Assembly (NCBI GenBank): GCA_964187785.1
Contig: OZ076409.1
Location: 26,786,001-26,850,000 of the forward strand
Length of the DNA: 64,000 bases
Direction: 5' to 3'
DNA from: Amphiscolops sp. MND2022
Lineage: Eukaryota
The notes beneath the pieces were generated by a model. That model was not told where the DNA came from. It worked only from the letters and a program-made list of their open reading frames with translations, and ran no database searches. Positions 51,485 to 64,000 of this stretch are shown piece by piece (position 1 is the first letter of the stretch; each line of letters opens with the position of its first letter). A program made the position numbers and the translations under genes.

Positions 51485-53495
51485 TGTGAAATTTTTGATT
51501 CTTTGTCGTTTCAGAAAAAAACCCATCATTTTTGCGCGAATCACAGGTTATAGATCGAACTAAATTTCAGACATTCCACAATGTGTAAATCAGTAAAAAC
51601 AGATGAAAAGGCGAATTTAGCGTATTTCGTTAATGATTTTGGCAAACGGAATAATAGAAAGAGTGAACTCGATTGTTTGAGTATAGAATCGACGTCAACA
51701 ACGAAATTGTTCTAATTAGCTAAGTTAGAATCGACTGCTTCGAACGAATTTTGCTAAGTCTTTATTTTGGACGGAAACAGAGATCTGAGGGAAAAAAGGC
51801 CACCCCCCCTTTTTGGAAAGGACTTATCCGATCAAGATGAAATTTGGCTTGCATAAACTAGAGGTGTTAACTCAACTTTCGACTCGGAGTACCCGACCTC
51901 GTACCTCCCCCCAGTCCCGAGCTATTAGCACCGGAAGTGACCCAGGTCCACCCCCCTACGAACTCGTCAGCCAAGCACGGAAAAAGTCGAATTATACATA
52001 GAATTGATAGCCCATATGATATTAGGCCGTTTGCGCACATTTTCGGACACCCACGACGCGTGTAGGAGGAGTACGGACCCTAAGTAAATAAACCCCGAAT
52101 GTTATGTAAATAGCCAACGGACGACCCCAAGATCATGAAACTTACCCAAGATGTTCACCTAGCGACCCTAAGTAATATACATGAAAGATACATTGATCGA
52201 TCCACTACGCGCGGAGTAATGTTTGTTTAAGGCACGCGGGACCGGACGCACGGGCTCGGCCGATAAATGACATTTGACCTTGGCTTGTAATATATCAAAC
52301 GAACCGGAATAACGAATGTAGTTGATTGCGATTGTGAACGAATCAGTATTCATAACCCATGCGGGGGTAACCGCCTTAAGTAAACAAACAATACGCATAA
52401 CATGTAACTCGGGAACCGTTGACCCTAGGATGTTATAACTTGGTATATAGCAAACTTGGATGAGAGCCAATAACTTCAAGGTCACCGATGGACCTCAAGG
52501 TCATTTTAGATGCAACCCCTGAGGAGATAGGAAAACGTACATTAAAACATGTAAATCAGCGTCTGTAAGTGATAATTTATGCAATTCAGTCAGGCGGAAC
52601 GATTCGCGATGTATTTCACCTAGGATGATAGAAAAGTACCCCTTACGCGTAGAGTACATGTAAACCATGTAGTTGAAGGTCATTGAGCAATTTCTTCGAT
52701 AATAAAAATATCTTGGGTGACGTGGATTATTATTGAAATGTGGACTTCGATCAAGATGATGAAATATTTATCGTTGGCGGCAAGGAATGTTTAGTCGAAG
52801 TATAATTAGACGCGTTCACTATGCCATAAAAGGAATAGTAAACTTGAAGGTAAACTCTTGCAGATTTAAGACGCCGACGCCCTGTATGTAACGAAAATGT
52901 CAAGTATGATAGAAAGTCAAGATGAGATGACCAGAAACACGTGCGACGAACAAATATAACTGAGGCGGCATTAGAACATAATTGAATAGACAGAACCGAG
53001 TTAGAAGGCTGGGAGCAAGTTGAGTCTCGCGGAGACAAGATACTTCTTCGGATAAATACTCGCGCTTCTCGACAACCGAGTTAGAGAGCTAGAATTCAGT
53101 TGAGCCTCTGGACGGGGGCAAGAGATTCGAACTGGCTGGAGTAACTGGTCGTCGTTAACTCCGGGAGTCAGTGACAGAAATTGTACAAGTCCGGGACTTG
53201 ACGATTGTTTGATTCAGTTGGCTGGATCGTGATATATAAATATTCGCTGAGAAATCAATTGGAAGATTGTTTTCATCGTGTTCTGTGATTTTATATCAAT
53301 TTCTTAACTCGATCATTCTAACCTACAGTCTCATTGCGAATATAGAGCCGATAGAGCAATTTGGAGAGAAACTAGTGTCAAGCTAGTCCTATGAGCAGAA
53401 GCAAGAACGAAACTTACTCACCAAAATCAAACCTTTCTGTTAAGAGTTGAGCCTTGGGTTTTTTCTCTCCGACCCCTCTGGCTAAATTTTTTACA
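51485..53495 (+). repeat. LTR2 (2011 bp), shared central LTR
   Basis: Preceded by the PPT and followed by an atypical PBS-position sequence, GTTGCGCATCTGGG. Confidence 0.93.
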
Positions 53496-53622
53496 GTTGC
53501 GCATCTGGGTGGGCTTTGCTTTGCTTTCTTTTACTGGTTACGTTTTACAACATTTGTTTCGAGTTCTGGATTCCAACTTGAACATATATTCGTAGAGTTG
53601 GATATTATACAAGGATTTCATT

Positions 53623-54494
53623 ATGGATCAAGACGCAAAACGCGAGCTGCTTGAGTTTGCGATGCAGGCCGTTGGAAGAGCAGTGAAAGGCAATCAGAAT
53701 CGAGTCTTCAATTACGGAACCATTCGACCAGATAGGTTTCCTTCGAGTTCGTTTGCCGATTGGGTTCAATGGAAGACCCACTTTATCGCAGTGGCCGAAG
53801 CGAATAGGTGGACAGACCCAGAGGCTATCGGTGCACTGCCAGTGTGTTTGAGTGGACATGCCTTGGAAGAGTTTCAGGCAGCACCCCGGGAACTGAAGAC
53901 TCAGGTAGTGAATCGACGGGCGCCTACTTTACGAGCACTCTTTGAGCACTTGGACCAAGTGATGGGAGTCACAAGAAACGATAGAGCAGGGCGCAACGAA
54001 TTCAAAAGTTTGGTTCAGAAGGAGAGCGAACCCTTGAGGGAGTTTGCACGTCGCGTTCGCAATTTGGGACTGCTGGTCTTTGGTCATCAGGAAGCAGATC
54101 AGCGAGACGAATTGTTCCGTGAACGTTTTTTAGATGGACTATCAGATTCAGACCTGCTAGGAGTTTTGCTACGAGAACGAGCGCATGGATTTGTTGGTAC
54201 TGTGGATAGAGCGGTGGAGTTGGAACTATTGCCAACTCAGCAAGAACTAGGCCGAGCACACGAGTTGTGTACGCCAGGCTTGCACAGGAGTCAGCTGTTG
54301 CAGCTGAAGATCGAACTGCAGTGACGGAGACGAAGCAGCAGTTGGATGAAAGGACTAGGGCATTGAGCAGTCTGACGAATATGGTGGGACAATTTGTTTC
54401 TACAGTGGTCAGTGCCCGTCGATGCGATGTGTGCGGCGAAGATGGTCACCCTGCAGAAGTTTTTCGACTCATCAGGAATCCTTTAAACTTGTGA
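53623..54494 (+). pseudogene. gag: Gag-like protein (frameshift at ~54226) with a degenerate zinc knuckle
   Basis: PDRF...DWVQWKTHFIAVAEANRW...LPVCLSGHALEEF...QKESEPLREFARRVRNL...RERFLDGL is typical retrotransposon capsid sequence; CDVCGEDGHPAEVF knuckle remnant. Confidence 0.85.
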
Positions 54495-55801
54495 GGGCCG
54501 GGAGACCGTCACAAGAGAAAGTATTCCCGGCCGCACCAGAAGCTACGTTATCGCAACAGCAAGCAGAAGACATTGTGAAAGCGGCAGCGTCAAGGATAGC
54601 TACACAAAAGGTTCGCCAAGAATGTACCAATGAGATTCCACGAAGCGAACAGATAAAAGTGGAAACAATTGGAGTGGCCCGAGAAGTACTGCCCAGCAAC
54701 AACAGCGCTCAGCAGCTTGGTATCATTGCGATGCACGTGGACCAACTCCGAACAGTGCGTGAAGTGATGAAGACGAGAGGGCAAGAATTCGACAGCGCTT
54801 TGGGAGGTACGTCAAAGCTTGTGAGCTCTTTCGGAAAGATATACACCGCTGCCGACACAACTGACAATGGAATCGCTGCTAGCCTCGAAAACCCCATTGT
54901 TCCATGGTCCCAACCGAGTGGCAGCAATGCAGAAGGGAAGTATGCGCCCCAGGTAGCTGTGAGGACGTGTACTCCAGTGTAAGGTTGTTTCGAATTATTC
55001 GATCGAAGTCAAGTCAGAATCACTAGCGCCAAAATTTTGCAACGTGAAAAGAAGCTGAATGAAAAGAAAGTCGTCAAGCCACAAGCGCGACGAGGAGCTG
55101 GTGAGCATCAATTGTGTCACCCTGGGCAACCGTTGGGATTGGAGGCTCACCAACTTGACAAAGAAAAGCCGGAAGAGCTTGACAAACCGCATGAATTGTC
55201 CGAGGACGATGAAGCGATGATTGATGAGCTGTTGAAAGAACTGGAAGAGCTTGACAAACCGCATGAATTGTCCCAGGACGATGAAGCGATGATTGATGCT
55301 CTGTTACACGAATTGGAACTCGAGATTGCGTTCCCAGCCAGAGAAGAACGAATAGAATTGACCGCCAAAATAGAAGAAAATGAACTCCGTGCGAACCCCG
55401 ATGTGTCAGCCGAAAGTACCAGTGAGGACAATGCGGCCAGCAGCTCAGAAGCTACGATGGAAGCAGAAGGGAGGTGCGGGTCAAAACGCTCTCACTTGAC
55501 TGGGCGTTTTCAGCGACCAAACAGTCTTATTACCGTTGAAGTAATCCACCAGCGCCCAACACTCTGCCACAGAAGGCGATTGTGGGTATCCCACAGAAAG
55601 CATGGTAGATGGAAACATGAGCGACAGCAGATGGGCTTACGTGGGCTCTGCTGGCCGACCCACCGAAAGCATGGCAGATGGAAACCCGACGAAATGGTGA
55701 TGCCCCCGCTGCCAATGCAACCGAGACCGGAAGGGACCCGACGCTGGAGCAGCCGAAGGAAGAGATCAAGGTGGAAGTCTGTAAATCGATGCAGTGTCTA
55801 A
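54482..55801 (+). pseudogene. ORF2 in the pol position, lacking recognisable PR/RT/RH/IN motifs; one in-frame TAA at 54980
   Basis: ORFs 54422-54982 and 55037-55801 are in the same frame, entered by -1 slippage at TTTAAAC 54482. Contains a duplicated acidic 20-aa unit and a twice-repeated HRKHGRWK. Confidence 0.6.
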
Positions 55802-56662
55802 CGAGGCAATACGATGCTGCGATGTATGTGAAACTCCACTAACCGAACACTTAAGTATCAATTTCGCCAAAACTGATTTTTTTTTAATCATTAAGGTTTC
55901 AAATTATCCTTTTTCGTGAAGTCAGTATACTTCTTGTTGTCCAGGCAAATCAAGGTTCCGCCGACCGTAGTTTTTTTTGCAAGACGATGAAATTGTATGT
56001 AATTTTTTTCGATGAGTAACCTTTCAGAGGCTGAACTTCGAGGATCCCAATTCTTGTGTTTATATTCACTTCAATGTATCAAAACCCAACCCTGACCCTA
56101 ACAGATTACATTTATGAAAGCGCATATGAACATGCCCACACCCCCTCTCTCGCGACCCCTACCCTAGTGCTACTCTCCTTGTTGTTTTGTTAGGCGCGAT
56201 AACTAGCCGCAAACAATCCAAACTTATTCTCGAACATTCAAATTAGGATCAGTAGAACTCGTCCTTTGCGCATTGCCAAAAAGAAAAGATGCAATAAATT
56301 ATTTTAATAGGTTAATAGGAATGAATTGTTTGATTTGCTGTGGGACTGGGCGGCCATGAGAACGCACCATGAAGACCAGGAATATGAGGATGTCCTCAGT
56401 CTACTAGACTATATGAGCGATTAATAAGGTTTGTTAATTTATAGTCGCTTTAACTGATGTCTAAATTGCCTACTTTAATTTTTTTATTTGAATGTTACAC
56501 TAGTTCATCATTATTGTAGATAAATATCCAGCGGAGCTATGGACGCTTTTATTAGCCCACCCTCATCTAACCCATAATATATGTGTAACCTTGATCCCAC
56601 GATTCAGCCAACGACAAGACCGCTACGTTTATTCGGGAGAATAAAAGTCCAGAAGGGAAGAG

Positions 56663-58673
56663 TGTGAAATTTTGGATTCTTTGGCGTTTCAAAAAAATAC
56701 CCATCATTTTTGCGCGAATCACAGGTTATAGATCGAACTAAATTTCAGACATTCCACAATGTGTAAATCAGTAAAAACAGCTGAAAAGGCGAGTTTAGCG
56801 TATTTCGTTAATGATTTTGGCAAACGGAATAATAGAAAGAGTGAACTCGATTGTTTGAGTATAGAATCGACGTCAACAACGAAATTGTTCTAATTAGCTA
56901 AGTTAGAATCGACTGCTTCGAACGAATTTTGCTAAGTCTTTATTTTGGACGGAAACAGAGATCTGAGGGAAAAAAGGCCACCCCCCCTTTTTGGAAAGGA
57001 CTTATCCGATCAAGATGAAATTTGGCTTGCATAAACTAGAGGTGTTAACTCAACTTTCGACTCGGAGTACCCGACCTCGTACCTCCCCCCAGTCCCGAGC
57101 TATTAGCACAGGAAGTGACCCAGGTCCACCCCCCTACGAACTCGTCAGCCAAGCACGGAAAAAGTCGAATTATACATAGAATTGATAGCCCATATGATAT
57201 TAGGCCGTTTGCGCACATTTTCGGACACCCACGACGCGTGTAGGAGGAGTACGGACCCTAAGTAAATAAACCCCGAATGTTATGTAAATAGCCAACGGAC
57301 GACCCCAAGATCATGAAACTTACCCAAGATGTTCACCTAGCGACCCTAAGTAATATACATGAAAGATACATTGATCAATCCACTACGCGCGGAGTAATGT
57401 TTGTTTAAGGCACGCGGGACCGGACGCACGGGCCCGGCCGATAAATGACATTTGACCTTGGCTTGTAATATATCAAACGAACCGGAATAACGAATGTAGT
57501 TGATTGCGATTGTGAACGGATCAGTATTCATAACCCATGCGGGGGTAACCGCCTTAAGTAAACAAACAATACGCATAACATGTAACTCGGGACCCGTTGA
57601 CCCTAGGATGTTATAACTTGGTATATAGCAAACTTGGATGAGAGCCAATAACTTCAAGGTCACCGATGGACCTCAAGGTCATTTTAGATGCAACCCCTGA
57701 GGAGATAGGAAAACGTACATTAAAACATGTAAATCAGCGTCTGTAAGTGATAATTTATGCAATTCAGTCAGGCGGAACGATTCGCGATGTATTTCACCTA
57801 GGATGATAGAAAAGTACCCCTTACGCGTAGAGAACATGTATACCATGTAGTTGAAGGTCATTGAGCAATTTCTTCGATATTAAAAAAATCTTGGGTGACT
57901 TGGATTATTATTGAAATGTGGACTTCGATCAAGATGATGAAAGATTTATCGTTGGCGGCAAGGAATGTTTAGTCGAAGTATAATTAGACGCGTTCACTAT
58001 GCCATAAAAGGAATAGTAAACATGAAGGTAAACTCATGCAGATTTAAGACGCCGACGCCCTGTATGTAACGAAAATGTCAAGTATGATAGAAAGTCAAGA
58101 TGAGATGACCAGAAACACGTGCGACGAACAAATATAATTGAGGCGGAATTAGAACATAATTGAATAGACAGAACCGAGTTAGAAGGCTGGGAGCAAGTTG
58201 AGTCTCGCGGAGACAAGATACTTCTTCGGATAAATACTCGCGCTTCTCGACAACCGAGTTAGAGAGCTAGAATTCAGTTGAGCCTCTGGACGGGGGCAAG
58301 AGATTCGAACTGGCTGGAGTAACTGGTCGTCGTTAACTCCGGGAGTCAGTGACAGAAATTGTACAAGTCCGGGACTTGACGATTGTTTGATTCAGTTGGC
58401 TGGATCGTGATATATAGATATTCGCTGAGAAATCAATTGGAAGATTGTTTTCATCGTGTTCTGTGATTTTATATCAATTTCTTAACTCGATTATTCTAAC
58501 CTACAGTCTCATTGCGAATATAGAGCCGATAGAGCAATTTGGAGAGAAACTAGTGTCAAGCTAGTCCTATGAGCAGAAGCAAGAACGAAACTTACTCACC
58601 AAAATCAAACCTTTCTGTTAAGAGTTGAGCCTTGGGTTTTTCCTCTCCGACCCCTCTGGCTAAATTTTTTACA
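56663..58673 (+). repeat. LTR3 (2011 bp)
   Basis: Preceded by the PPT, ends in CA, and is followed by the TSD ATAAC. Confidence 0.93.
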
Positions 58674-58712
58674 ATAACCAAAAATTTGGACCGACCATAA
58701 GAGTTGGCACAC

Positions 58713-58904
58713 GAGTAGTAAGTAGTTGTACGTGGCATTTTATGTGGGGGGTTGAGTGAGTAACCAAATATGGTCATAACGCAGACTCCAAAATGACGTC
58801 ATGATTGCGACACAATGATGTAACCGAATGCAAATGTTTTGTTGTTACCATATTTGATTACTCACTCAACCCCCCACATAAAATGCCAGGTACAACTACT
58901 ACTC
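58713..58904. mobile_element. ~190-bp palindromic MITE-like element
   Basis: ~60-bp inverted arms (AGTAGTTGTACGTGGCATTTTATGTGGGGGGTTGAGTGAGTAA and its complement); possible ACAC TSD. Confidence 0.65.
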
Positions 58905-59543
58905 ACACGATCTTGGAGAAAAACGAAATTGAAAAAAAAACACGTGGACGCCTGGAAAAACAGGATGTTTATACCCAAAACTTTTTGCGTCTGAAAAGTG
59001 GCTTTTCCTTACTTTGCAAGATTTTGCATTTTGGGGTTATCCGCGTAAAACAGTTTGAGAACGGCACGTTTCTCTTTTCCGAAAAATTTTTGTGAGCTGA
59101 AGGCACGTTACTGGAAGCAATTACATTATGTGTCTCCATAACATCAACCAAACAAATTGTAAATGTATCGTGTTTCTTGCGTCTGAACTGTTAGATTTAC
59201 CTATGTTATTAGCGTCTGCAAGCCTTGTCCAGAATTAGAACAATAGAACAATAAGGACAAAGGAAAAAATACCGGATGAAATCAGCCAGACTTGGCGGAT
59301 ATATTCAATGACAAGTGTAGGCACACCCAAGTGTCTCGGTTGAGACACGTGGAAACCTTTTCTAGCCTGGAGAATTTGTGGAACGATTAGCTCTGCGGTT
59401 TGGGTGTAGGTCTGGGTACACATATGTAACTCGCCTTCAATAATTTATCACAGAATACAAAAAATTGGCAAAAAAATAGTGTTTCGGGCTACAAAATTGC
59501 GTCAATTGTAACATTGTAACATGGGAAAACCGAAGACACTCAC

Positions 59544-59546
<3 letters not shown>

Positions 59547-59597
<51 letters not shown>
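59547..59597. repeat. (CT)n microsatellite
   Basis: About 25 CT units. Confidence 0.95.
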
Positions 59598-59601
<4 letters not shown>

Positions 59602-59914
59602 ACCTTTCACTTTTTAAGCCGCGGCGCTTAGTAAACCACCTGATCCCGCATCTCTGTTGGAGTGTTGAACTTATACTGGATGCCAAATTTCTTTTCTTCT
59701 TTTTGAATTCTTCGCTGCGACAATTTTTTGTACCATAGAACCTAGAATCGGTTCGTTTGCATAGAACTCGTCTTTTCTTCACGCTTAGTCGAAGACAGTT
59801 TCGCATTAGTAGTTTCTTCTTTAAGTATATTTAAAGAAGATACTCACTGGGCTCACGGTTGTGAGAAAGACATACGTAGAGTCTTATGCCTGTTAGAAGC
59901 CAGTCCACAGCATA

Positions 59915-60866
59915 GTGACTTTTTGACTTATTACCAAAGATTGACAAGGGTTGTCAAGCGACTCTCAAACCCAAAGACAATGGGCTTGCTTTTCGATGGA
60001 GCTCTTTGACAATGCATTGACAGTAGCTCAATTTTACAACCCAAGTCTTAGCAGCTCACTGAAAGAGAATAATTATAAGGGAGGCGGAAACTTCGTCGTC
60101 AGAAAATTCGTCGTCAAAAATTTCGTCGTATTGGTTAGAATAACAGCGTTCACCAAAAGGTATCATTTGAATTATTCAACTTTTTAATTATTAAAATGAG
60201 ATCTTAGGAACAAGTTTCATTTTGACACCCAAACTGAGTCAAAAAGTTAATTGCATTCAATCAACTCATCAGGACGCTTATTGAGCAATGGTCCTACAGT
60301 CCTACAGGTGGAACACAATTCAAGCTTGTTTCGGGGGAATTTTTTGCTTTTCGCCAGAAAATTATCAAAAATCTTCGTACTTCGTAATTTTTGCTTTAAG
60401 TGTCGAAACAACTTTGTGTTGAGGAATAAGAAACAAGGTGTATCTGGGGGGATAAGGTCTGAAACTTTTTCTCAAAACCATAAGTAAAAGTAGTAGTAAT
60501 CTACTACTTAAAAAACGATAGTAATAATTGCACAATTATCAACAATTATTAAGATTCAATGAAAAGGCGATTCCTAATAGATTGAAGAAAATGCGACGTT
60601 TCATAGAACGTAATCACAGACGACGAAATTTCTGACGACGAAATTTCCGACAACGAAATTTCCGACGGCGAAATTTCCGACGACGAAATTTCTGGTAAAC
60701 ACTTGTAATTGTGCTTTGTTAGTGAGCTGCTAATACTTGGGTTGTAAAATTAAGCTATTGTAAATGCATTTTCAAAGAGCTCCATCGGAAAGCAAGCCCG
60801 TTGTCTTTGGGTTTGAGAGTCGCTTGACAACCGTTGTCAATCTTTGGTTATAAGTCAAAAAGTCAC
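59915..60866. mobile_element. Foldback structure: ~165-bp outer inverted arms enclosing an inner element with inverted 15-bp GACGACGAAATTTC arrays
   Basis: 59915-60080 is the reverse complement of ~60702-60866. Inner arrays lie at 60090-60130 and 60620-60695. Confidence 0.75.
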
Positions 60867-61399
60867 CGAAAAGGAGTTGCGGGCTCGATATTGTAAAAAA
60901 TATCCGTTTATATTTGCGGGTATGCTCCATTGAAGTGACCCAGATTGATTGGAGGGTCGAATTTTGGAATGTACAAAACCAATTATCTATTGTTTTTTTG
61001 ACCGTTCCCATCAATCTGGGAGTCTATTTCTTTGAAAAGAAAAGTATTTTATATAAAGGATTCCTTTAGTTAGATTTCAGTGTTAAGGTAAAGGAAGCAT
61101 CGATTGAATTAAGGTAATTCAACAGATCAGCTTGAGTTGATGATAATTTGCGTGGAAGAAAGTTTTTCAAAAAAGTCCAAGTTGACGGAAATGTTCAATT
61201 ACTTTTTCCAGAAGTGTGAAAAAATTTTTTGTGAAGTTCGGAGTTGAATCTTTCTTGAGAATTGACTTCAAGCCACGTGAAATATTGAAATATTTTTTTG
61301 AGATGATCACTAACAGCCGGCCTCAATTTGCAAAGCAAAAAAAGTTTCCAAAGTGAAGATCGAAAAAAATGAAAAAAACTCAGTTTTCAGTTCCATCTT

Positions 61400-64000
61400 G
61401 ATCAACGAAAATTAAGGGTGCAAGTTGTACAGCTGGATATTCTTCTCACCCAGTTGAGTTTTGATTAGATATCTCTTGAATTGGGTTGAATCTTGAAACA
61501 GTGCCTTAATGACACGACCCAAAGGCCATAACTTTCTTCGAGTGTATTCTTTTAAAATCCAAACTAAGGTACCAGGTTTCAAATCTATGGTTTTAACTGT
61601 CCATTTCTTTCTAGGTGATGAAGTTGGGTAATATTCTTTCTGCAGTCGCTTCCATACGTGGTCAGCCAGTTGTTGGGCACATTTCTATTCTCGAGTCAAA
61701 GGTGTGCTATTCTCATTGTAAAATGTCAAAGAAATTTTGCCATGAGCTGTCCCCAAGAGAAAATGATTAGGAGTATGCGCTTCTATATTACGAACATTTG
61801 TGGAAATACTAGTCAGTGGACCTCAGTTCAAGAAACCTTCTATTTCACAAAGTAGTGTTGTAAAGGTGTCGTTTGTTAGGGTTTGGCAACCAAGGATGGA
61901 GTAAAATGCATCCTTGCATGGTCGGATCAAGCGTTCCCACAAACCCCCGAAATGCGGAGCCTGAGCAGTGTTTAGATGCCATTGTTTTCCTAAGTTGGTG
62001 AAAAAGTCATGTACTTGAGTCGAGTCGAAAATTTTTTGTAATTCCTTCTCAGCAGCAGTGAATTTCCTTCCTCCACCAGACACTAGTTGCGCGGGATAAC
62101 CGCGCCGAGAAAAGAAACGTTGCAGGGCGTTCATAGTTGCATTGCATGAAAGATCGACACACATTTCCAAATCAACCGCTCTTGTAGTCAGACATGTAAG
62201 TATTAGAGCGTATCGTTTGTTGTAGGTTGACTAAGATTCAGAGGCGAAGAGGCCAAACCAGTTTGTTGAAAAAAGAAAGGTTTTTCTGCTGGAAAGCGGA
62301 ATTCGGGTGGCGACATCTGTGGTAACTCCGCAGCTGCGTGTTGTCGACAACATTCGCGGCAACGTTTAAGCATTTTACGAATCTCATTTGTTATAGACAG
62401 ATTCGAAAACTCGTTCTGGAGCATGTTTCTTGTGTGCTGTAGAGGGCAATGACTATTGGTAACGTGTATTTGGCGTACAAACAATTTAACCACAAGATAT
62501 TTGCCATGTAAGATAATGGGATGTTTTTGGCAATAATCAAAGCCCGATTTCTGGAGTCGGCCTCCTGCTCGAATGAAACATCGGCCGAAAAGAAAGGACT
62601 CAATTGTGCTAAGCGACTGCTTTTTCCAACTGGTCGTTTGCTGGTTAGAGCTAGCATCTCGGGTTGGAAAGAGTCTTTTTGGGACTGAAGTAAGAGGTAC
62701 AGTTTTGCGTTTGAAATATCCTGTGGCTGAACGCAACATTGAGCAATCCCAGGCTGACTTGAGCCTTGCATCATACTGTTAGTGCTGGAGTCCAGCCAGA
62801 CATGCTGCTTGATAGCATGTGAGATGGGTGAGTTGCTCGAATCAATTATCGTCTCATCGTGATCAACACTTTCACGAAAGGACTTGAAAATGCGAACTGC
62901 ACGAGAACTGTTGCACTGACGGGAACTAGCTTCGTCCAATCTGAGAAAGTTTCGAAGTCAAGGATTGGTTTTACTGCTGTGAGCGCTGCTTTGCATTGTA
63001 ACTTTTTCAATTCCACTAAAACTGTGATTAACAGGCCGTCGATTTTCTGGTTGCTGGAGGAGTTGTGGGCCAGAGAACCATCTCCAGTCAGATGAGAAGT
63101 CCTTCAACGGCAAACCTCTGGTTTCGTCGTCCGAAGGGTTCAGTTCTCCATGGCAATGTCGCCATTGGCGAACGTTAGTGTTGTCTAAAATTTCGGCGAC
63201 ATGGTTAGCGACAATAATTCGCTGCCTTTTTTTGGAGTCACGAATCCATTGCAACACGGTGGTACTGTCCGTCCACAACACAAAGTCCGCAATAATTGGT
63301 GTTTGCTCGTTTTTAATGAACTTCGACAGTCGAGATCCAATAAGCGCAGCTTGGAGTTCAAGTTTGGTAGTTGTATGCAGTTTTAGAGGGACAACGCGTG
63401 CTTTTCCTAAGATATAGGAAGGTTTTGGAAATTGAAAAGCAGAAGAGTGGTAAACAAACTATGCTACTGCGGAAACTGCAGGAAAGGAAGCGTCACAGGA
63501 GACGTGGAGTGTTATCTCACTAATTTGACCCAGGATTGCATGTCGTGGAATAGCGATTGTTTTGGAGAATGATGGTATTTTAGAGATTAGATCGAAAAGT
63601 TCAGAAAGGATGTCTGAGGTTGAAACATCATCCCATTTGACACCTTTTCGCCAGAGCAGCTGCTGAATGATTCGGAGACGAATTGTTATGGGTGCAGCGA
63701 TACCCAGAGGATCTAAGATTGATTAAATTATATGTAATAGGTTTCACTGTGTCGAATTGATGGTCGTCAATTCTTTGAGTTTTAGAGGATCGAATAAAAG
63801 TGGGTCACTAGACAAGTCCCATATCACAACTAGAACACGTTGTTGCAACTTCTTTGATTGTATGTCGACGTGGGAAATTCTGCGGTGGGTCTCGGGAATT
63901 GAGTAAAATACATCTTGGGACGTGGTTGTCTATTTTGTTAAATGGAATCCACTTTTCAGCAGAATACAACAAAGAATCTGAAATGAAAGAGTCTGAAAAC
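61400..64000 (-). pseudogene. pol: Decayed BEL/Pao retrotransposon pol (RNase H, integrase, C-terminal domain); continues beyond the window
   Basis: LWTDSTTVLQWI...VANHVAEI...WRHCHGELNPSD, GGRLQKS...KHPIIL, RFFSRRGYP and APHFGGLWERLI motifs, with multiple stops and frameshifts. Confidence 0.9.

Larger units (their letters stand above)
46750..58673 (+). mobile_element. Tandem LTR-int-LTR-int-LTR array of a pol-less (gag-only) LTR retroelement
   Basis: TGTGAAA...TTTTACA LTRs; a single flanking TSD ATAAC (46745-46749 and 58674-58678); PPT AGAAGGGAAGAG before LTR2 and LTR3; period 5178 bp. Confidence 0.93.

Overview
AT-rich, transposon-dense eukaryotic DNA, very probably from an invertebrate animal; the species cannot be determined from the sequence. 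The only host gene I can support is three N-terminal exons of a minus-strand DEG/ENaC-family channel (29478-31532). The main object is a young 16.8-kb Ty3/Gypsy LTR retrotransposon (9696-26492; ~1.67-kb LTRs about 99% identical, GTAAA TSD) with a very unusual layout. (i) Gag starts inside the LTR with a myristoylation-plus-polybasic N-terminus and reads through the PBS. (ii) Gag and pol are joined by a TTTAAAC -1 frameshift site. (iii) Downstream of pol lies an antisense, intron-containing gene resembling a catalytically dead hAT transposase with a BED-like zinc finger. (iv) A divergent sense ORF runs through the PPT into the 3' LTR. (v) Three separate arrays of a bipartite YATGCG-N4-YATGCG motif are phased at ~32 bp. 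Together these suggest a retroelement carrying its own DNA-binding regulator and its target sites (inference). The second element (46750-58673, ATAAC TSD) is an LTR-internal-LTR-internal-LTR tandem of a pol-less, gag-only retroelement that keeps a textbook -1 frameshift signal leading into an unknown ORF. The rest is a 3 x 2.83-kb tandem repeat, MULE, hAT and foldback DNA-transposon derivatives, and a decayed BEL/Pao pol. All coordinates were read by eye; no searches were run.
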